64,000 nucleotides of DNA from an uncultured Actinomycetes bacterium. Lineage in GTDB: Bacteria > Actinomycetota > UBA4738 > HRBIN12. Numbering within the stretch: the first letter of the stretch is position 1; each line of letters begins with the position of its first letter. The position numbers and the translations under genes were made by a program. The notes below the pieces were generated by a model. It was not told where the DNA came from, ran no database searches, and saw nothing but the letters and a program-made list of their open reading frames with translations. This document shows, piece after piece, positions 58,794 through 64,000 of this stretch. The stretch spans positions 1,086,259-1,150,258 of the forward strand of contig CAWGTU010000001.1 in assembly GCA_963825635.1 (NCBI GenBank). The letters run 5' to 3'.

Positions 58794-59951
58794 ATGAAGG
58801 CGTTGACGATCCTCGGTTCCACGGGGTCGATCGGCACGCAGGCCCTCGACGTGGTGCGGCGCAACCCCGACCGGTTCAAGATCGTCGGGCTGTCCGCGGC
58901 GGGCGCCAACCTGGAGCTGTTGGCCGGGCAGATCCGCGAGTTCCTGCCCCCTGTGGTCGCGCTGGCAGACGACGGGGCGGCCGCCGATGTGAAGCAGAAG
59001 ATCGGCGCCGTGGCGGGGATCGAGATCGTGGAAGGCCCCGACGCCGCCGAGCGCCTCGCCGCGGAGACCGAGGCCGACATGGTGCTGAACGCGCTGGTCG
59101 GATCCGCCGGGCTCGCCCCCACGCTCGCGACGCTGCAGTCGGGCAAGACACTCGCGCTCGCGAACAAGGAGAGCCTGGTCGTGGGCGGCGAGCTCGTCAC
59201 GGACCTGATCAAGGGTGAGCCCGAGAGGTTGCTGCCTGTCGACTCCGAGCACGCCGCGCTCGCGATGGCGATGCGGGGCGAACGCCGCGAGGACCTCAAG
59301 CGCGTCGTGCTGACCGGCTCGGGCGGCCCGTTCCGAGGCTGGACGCGAAACGAGCTCGGGAAGGCCAGCGTCAAGGAGGCTCTCGCCCACCCGGTGTGGA
59401 CGATGGGCCCCAAGATCACCATCGATTCCGCGACACTCATGAACAAGGGCCTCGAGGTGATCGAGGCGCACTACCTGTTCGACCTCGAGTACTCCTCGAT
59501 CCACGTGCTGATCCACCCCGAGGGACTGGTGCACGCGATGGCCGAGTTCCGCGACGGCAGCCTGCGCGCCGAGATGGCGATGCCCGACATGCGGCTGCCG
59601 ATCCAGCTCGCGCTCGCCTGGCCCGAGCGGTTGCCGACCGGCGTCGAGCCGGTCCCGCTCACCGAGCGCCCGCTCACGTTCGAGCCGGTCGATCGTGAGG
59701 CGTTCCCGGCCGTCGACCTGGCGTATCGGGTCGGTGGCCTCGGGCTCACGTTCCCCGCGGTGATGAACGCCGCGAACGAGGTGGCCGTGATGGCGTTCCT
59801 CGAGGGGAAGATCCCCCTCACCCGCATCGTCGAGCTGGTGCAGACCATTGTCGACGAGCACGAGCCCGCATCGGTGGTCTCGATCGTGAACATCGAACGC
59901 GCCGACGCCTGGGCGCGGCAACGCGCCGCCGAGCTCGCCGAGGAGCGATAG
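58794..59951 (+). CDS. dxr: 1-deoxy-D-xylulose-5-phosphate reductoisomerase
   Basis: LGSTGSIG, LANKE, PVDSEH, SGGPF, HPVWTMG, NKGLE, PDM. Confidence 0.97.
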   Translation: MKALTILGSTGSIGTQALDVVRRNPDRFKIVGLSAAGANLELLAGQIREFLPPVVALADDGAAADVKQKIGAVAGIEIVEGPDAAERLAAETEADMVLNALVGSAGLAPTLATLQSGKTLALANKESLVVGGELVTDLIKGEPERLLPVDSEHAALAMAMRGERREDLKRVVLTGSGGPFRGWTRNELGKASVKEALAHPVWTMGPKITIDSATLMNKGLEVIEAHYLFDLEYSSIHVLIHPEGLVHAMAEFRDGSLRAEMAMPDMRLPIQLALAWPERLPTGVEPVPLTERPLTFEPVDREAFPAVDLAYRVGGLGLTFPAVMNAANEVAVMAFLEGKIPLTRIVELVQTIVDEHEPASVVSIVNIERADAWARQRAAELAEER

Positions 59952-59962
59952 GCCCTCCCCCC

Positions 59963-61108
59963 ATGGATCTGCTCATCGGCGCCCTCATCTTCCTGCCCTT
60001 CCTCACGGTGATCATCGCGATCCACGAGCTGGGCCATTTCCACTTCGCGCGTCGCTTCGGCATGAAGGTCACCGAGTACTTCATCGGGTTCGGCCCATGG
60101 AAGATCTGGTCCCGGCGCAAGGGGGAGCTGGAGGTCGGCGTGAAGCCGATCTTCATCGGCGGTTACGTGAAGATCGCCGGCATGAATCCCTTCGAGGAGA
60201 ACCCGCCCCAGGACACGCCGCGCCTCTACGGGTCGAAGCCGATCTGGCAACGCGCGATCACGATCTTCGCGGGTCCGGGCACGCACTTCGTGGTGGCGGC
60301 TCTGATCTTCGCGGTCTGGCTGATGGTGTTCGGCGATCCGCGCACGGCGCCGCTCACGCCACTCGTGATCGACGAGGTCGAGGTGACCATGAACGGCGAT
60401 GAGTCACCAGCCGCCGCCGCCGGGATCGAGTCGGGTGACCGCATCCTCGTGCTCGGCGGGGTCGACCGGCCCACGTCCGAGCAACTCACGGAGGTCGTCA
60501 CCTCGCAGGTCGAGGATCGTCCGGGCGAGCCGCTCACCGTCGTGGTCGACCGCGACGGGGAACGGGTCACGCTCTCAGTCGTGCCCGAGCTCGCCGAGGT
60601 CGAAGGCGAGACCCGCGGACGCATGGGTGTGATCGTCGCGCCGCCCGACCCGGAGCCGGCAGGCATCGGCGCCGCGCTCGTCGGCGGTGTCAAGGAGGTC
60701 GGGTTCGCGGTGAGGGAGTCGTTCTCCCAGATCGGAAGGGTCTTCGGCCCCGAGGGCATCGGGCGCGTGTTCGGGCTGCTGTTCAACGACGAGCAGCGCA
60801 CCGTCAACGACGCCGCGAGCGTCGTGGGCATCAGCGAGCAGGTCGGCGCCACGTCGTCGGCGGGGGACTGGTCGACGATCCTGTACCTCTTCGGGTTCGT
60901 GACCGTGTTCGTCGGCCTTATCAACCTCGTGCCGCTCCCGCCGTTCGACGGCGGGCACCTGCTCACCCTCGCGATCGAGAAGGTGCGCGGAAAGCCGGTC
61001 GACATGCGCACCCTGATCCCGATCTCGGCCGCCGTCATGGCCTTCTTCGTGATGTTCGTCGGGGCCACGATCGTGCTCGACGTGACGAAGCCGATCACGC
61101 TCCCGTAG
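59963..61108 (+). CDS. rseP: RIP metalloprotease (M50, PDZ; RseP/Rip1)
   Basis: HELGH, GFG, GGYV, PDZ, NLVPLPPFDGGH. Confidence 0.92.
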   Translation: MDLLIGALIFLPFLTVIIAIHELGHFHFARRFGMKVTEYFIGFGPWKIWSRRKGELEVGVKPIFIGGYVKIAGMNPFEENPPQDTPRLYGSKPIWQRAITIFAGPGTHFVVAALIFAVWLMVFGDPRTAPLTPLVIDEVEVTMNGDESPAAAAGIESGDRILVLGGVDRPTSEQLTEVVTSQVEDRPGEPLTVVVDRDGERVTLSVVPELAEVEGETRGRMGVIVAPPDPEPAGIGAALVGGVKEVGFAVRESFSQIGRVFGPEGIGRVFGLLFNDEQRTVNDAASVVGISEQVGATSSAGDWSTILYLFGFVTVFVGLINLVPLPPFDGGHLLTLAIEKVRGKPVDMRTLIPISAAVMAFFVMFVGATIVLDVTKPITLP

Positions 61109-61211
61109 GCACGTTCGACCCTCTCGCGGGATGCGTTGCGCCCGAGCGGGCGCCACGATTTCTCAACACCGCCTCTGACCGCAGCACACATGCCCCGGAT
61201 ACGATGCTCGC

Positions 61212-61907
61212 GTGGATCAGCAGACCGTGCTCGTCGTCGACGACGAGGAAGCCATCGCCGAGGCCGTTCGCGCCCGCCTGGAATCAGAGGGTTATCGGGT
61301 GTTCGTGGCGCTCGACGGGCCCGACGCGATCGAGCAGCACTCCGAGCATCACCCCGATCTCGTCGTGCTCGACCTGATGCTCCCCGGCATGGACGGCCTC
61401 GAGGTCTGCAAGCAGATCCAGCGCGACGGCTGGACCCCCGTGCTGATGCTCACGGCCAAGACCGAGGAGGCCGACAAGGTCGCCGGCTTCGCCGTCGGGG
61501 CGGACGACTACCTCACGAAGCCGTTCAGTCTGCGGGAGCTCGCGGCGCGGGTGAAGGCGATCCTGCGGCGCATGGAGCGCATGAGCGAGCAGAAGGACAC
61601 GGGACCGATCGAGCACCACGGGCTCGTGATGGACCCGAACAGGCGCCGGGTCACGGTCGACGGTGACGACGTCGGGCTCACCCCCCTCGAGTTCGAGATC
61701 CTCCTCACCCTCGCCCGTGACCCCGGCGTCGTCCTCAGCCGCGACCAGCTGATGGACCGTGTCTGGGGGTACCGTGACTTCGCGGGTGGCCGCGTGGTGG
61801 ACTCCCACGTCGCCCGCATCCGTCGCAAGCTCGGCGAGGACGGCAACGAGCCGCGATTCATCCGCACCGTGCACGGCGTGGGGTACGCGTTCCAGGAACG
61901 ATCGTGA
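61212..61907 (+). CDS. OmpR-family response regulator
   Basis: VVDDE, LDLMLPG, LTAK, GADDYLTKPF, wHTH ending RTVHGVGY. Confidence 0.94.
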   Translation: MDQQTVLVVDDEEAIAEAVRARLESEGYRVFVALDGPDAIEQHSEHHPDLVVLDLMLPGMDGLEVCKQIQRDGWTPVLMLTAKTEEADKVAGFAVGADDYLTKPFSLRELAARVKAILRRMERMSEQKDTGPIEHHGLVMDPNRRRVTVDGDDVGLTPLEFEILLTLARDPGVVLSRDQLMDRVWGYRDFAGGRVVDSHVARIRRKLGEDGNEPRFIRTVHGVGYAFQERS

Positions 61908-63286
61908 GCTCCCGGCGGTTCGAGCGTCTGCCCACGATCAGGGGCAAGCTCAGCGCCACGATCGTGGTCGCCGTCGCGATCGCGATCGCGATCTCGTACG
62001 TGTTGATCGGCTTCGCACTCAGGGACACTCCCAAAGCCTCCGAGGCGATCGAGGCTTTGAAGCTCGCCCGGAGGATCGCGAACGGCGATCAGTCTCCACC
62101 GCCGTCCGACACGATGATCGTGAGACGGAGCATCACGGGCGAGATCTCGGTCGATGGGGTCAACTTCGGTGATCTACCGACCGACATCCGCGAGAGCGGG
62201 GACCGGGTCCCCCAATGGGGTCTGTGGGACAACTACGTATGGGCCTCGATCCCCACCGAACAGGGGGCCACCCTGATCGTGGTGTATCCGTCCCCGACGC
62301 GAGGGTTCCTGGGTCGTATCTCCGCGACGCTCGGGTTCCTGCAGAGCTACTCTTGGCAGTTCTTGATGGCGGGCGCGATCGCGGCGGCGATCGCGTTGGG
62401 CCTGGCTCGGTGGTTCGCCCGTGGAATGACGCAGCCGCTGCGCGATATGGCCGAGGCCGCGCGTCGCATGGAGACCGGCGACTATTCGACCCGCGTCGAC
62501 ACGGACTCGCGCGACGAGGTCGGACAGCTCGCGGTCGCCTTCAACCGCATGAGTTCGGAGCTCGAACTCCTCGAGACGTCGCGGCGCGAGCTGGTCGCCA
62601 ACGTCTCGCACGAGCTCAAGACGCCGATCACCGCGATCCGGGCGCACCTGGAGAACCTGCTCGACGGCGTCGAGGAGCCGAATCACGAGGTCCTGCAGGT
62701 GATGCTGGCCCAGTCCGAGCGACTGGGGCGCCTCGTGGAGCAGCTGCTCGACCTCTCGAAGCTCGAGTCGGGTGAAGTGCCGCTGCGCCGCGAGGAGGTC
62801 TCGCTCGGCCCGCTGGTGACGCAGGTGATGTCGGAGATCGAGGTCGCGAGTGCCGATCGCGACGTCGACGTTCGCAGCGACCTGCCCGAGGATCTTCCCC
62901 TGATCCAGGCCGATCCCGAGCGCGTGCACCAGGTGATCTTCAACCTCGTCGACAACGCCGTGAGGTTCACCCCCGAGGGCGGCGAGGTTCGCATCGAGGC
63001 GCACCGGCACAACGGGTCGGTCGAGGTGAGCGTGGCAGACACCGGGGTGGGCATCCCCCCCGAGGCGCTGCCCCGTCTCTTCGAGCGCTTCTACCGCGTC
63101 GACCCTGCGCGAGCTCGCGAAGACGGCGGCACCGGTATCGGCCTCGCGATCGCGCGATCCGTCGTCGAGGCCCACGGCGGCACGATCCGTGCCGAGAGCG
63201 AGCCGGGCCACGGCAGCACCTTCACCTTCGATCTGCCGGTCGCTCGTCCGGCGGCACCCGCTGGCACGAACAGGAGGGATCCGTGA
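61904..63286 (+). CDS. Membrane sensor histidine kinase (2 TM, HAMP, HisKA, HATPase)
   Basis: SHELKTP, NLVDNA, DTGVGI, FERFYR, GTGIGL. Confidence 0.94.
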   Translation: MSSRRFERLPTIRGKLSATIVVAVAIAIAISYVLIGFALRDTPKASEAIEALKLARRIANGDQSPPPSDTMIVRRSITGEISVDGVNFGDLPTDIRESGDRVPQWGLWDNYVWASIPTEQGATLIVVYPSPTRGFLGRISATLGFLQSYSWQFLMAGAIAAAIALGLARWFARGMTQPLRDMAEAARRMETGDYSTRVDTDSRDEVGQLAVAFNRMSSELELLETSRRELVANVSHELKTPITAIRAHLENLLDGVEEPNHEVLQVMLAQSERLGRLVEQLLDLSKLESGEVPLRREEVSLGPLVTQVMSEIEVASADRDVDVRSDLPEDLPLIQADPERVHQVIFNLVDNAVRFTPEGGEVRIEAHRHNGSVEVSVADTGVGIPPEALPRLFERFYRVDPARAREDGGTGIGLAIARSVVEAHGGTIRAESEPGHGSTFTFDLPVARPAAPAGTNRRDP

Positions 63287-63732
63287 AGTCCGTCACCACC
63301 ACCGTCACGTTCTCCGCCCCCGAGCGGTACGCGTTCCTCGACCTCACCGACGACCTGCGCCGGGCGGTCAAGGATTCCGGCGTGACCGACGGCGCGGCGA
63401 TCGTCTTCTGTGCGCACACGACGTGCGCCCTGCTGATCAACGAGTGGGAGGACGGGGCGATGGCCGACTTCCGTCGCCACCTCACCGACCTCGTGCCGCA
63501 CGAGGGCGTCTACTACCAGCACGACGACTTCGCCGTCCGCACGCAGAACATGAACCCCGACGAGCGCGAGAACGGGCATGCGCACGTGAAGGCGATGCTG
63601 CTCTCCGCGACGTCGCACGCGATCCCCGTGGTCGCCGGCGAGCCCGCCTTCGGCACGTGGCAGCGGCTGATCCTCTTCGAGATGGACGAGCCCAAGGACC
63701 GGACGATCACGTTCCAGGTGTTCGGCGGCTGA
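63283..63732 (+). CDS. yjbQ: YjbQ (UPF0047) family protein
   Basis: HTTCALLINE, YQHDD, NGHAH, GTWQ, EMD. Confidence 0.92.
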   Translation: MKSVTTTVTFSAPERYAFLDLTDDLRRAVKDSGVTDGAAIVFCAHTTCALLINEWEDGAMADFRRHLTDLVPHEGVYYQHDDFAVRTQNMNPDERENGHAHVKAMLLSATSHAIPVVAGEPAFGTWQRLILFEMDEPKDRTITFQVFGG

Positions 63733-63774
63733 TCGCGGCCCGACGGAACGCAGGAGCCTGGGAGACTGACGGAC

Positions 63775-64000
63775 GTGGGCATCGAGCGCAGGAAGAGCCG
63801 GCAGATCGACCTCGGCGGCGTCGCGATCGGCGGCGACGCGCCGGTGTCACTCCAGTCGATGACCACGACGAAGACCGCCGACATCGACGCCACGCTGCAG
63901 CAGATCGCCTCGCTCGTCGCGGCGGGCGTCGACATCGTGCGCGTCGCGGTGCCGCACTGGGAGGACGCGGAGGCGCTCGTGGCGATCGCGGCGAAGTCCA
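63775..64000 (+). CDS. ispG: HMBPP synthase IspG (3'-truncated by window end; absent from ORF track)
   Basis: [30 protein letters not shown]...DIVRVAVP. Confidence 0.92.
   Translation, partial: MGIERRKSRQIDLGGVAIGGDAPVSLQSMTTTKTADIDATLQQIASLVAAGVDIVRVAVPHWEDAEALVAIAAKS

Noticed and set aside
899-61191. Many long antisense or off-frame ORFs (e.g. 5259-7637, 24457-27414, 31844-34090, 48794-50755)
   Set aside because: Shadows of real genes in high-GC DNA; Arg/Pro/Ala-rich with no motifs.
63513-63935. Minus-strand 140-aa ORF at the window end
   Set aside because: Antisense to yjbQ and the ispG N-terminus.

Overview
64 kb of a high-GC Actinomycetota chromosome, probably from a deep-branching, non-Streptomyces/Mycobacterium lineage (short-form EF-Ts, tail-less HU, ATP-type PEPCK). 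It is mostly the conserved housekeeping backbone gltX ... HU-cofC-acyltransferase-ddl ... rpmB-recG-rsmD-coaD-yceD-rpmF-rnc-mutM-smc-ftsY-ffh-rpsP-khpA-rimM-trmD-rplS-lepB-rnhB-yraN-comM-dprA-xerC-whiG-rpsB-tsf-pyrH-frr-cdsA-dxr-rseP-ispG. An accessory block lies at about 2.7-15.2 kb around tRNA-Glu/tRNA-Gln, and there are several small insertions. I see no CRISPR array, rRNA, transposase or prophage. Three single-base frameshifts are probably assembly errors. The most interesting points are an amidase with two substituted catalytic residues behind a possible sigma-28/WhiG promoter, an uncalled 48-aa ORF with operator and hairpin opposite an ArsR/DUF5937 regulator, an Fpg lacking Pro2, a sensor-less kinase/receiver pair between ftsY and ffh, a CdsA with a ~300-aa acidic N-terminal extension, and pervasive leaderless promoters. 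All family calls are by motif recognition, not database search.
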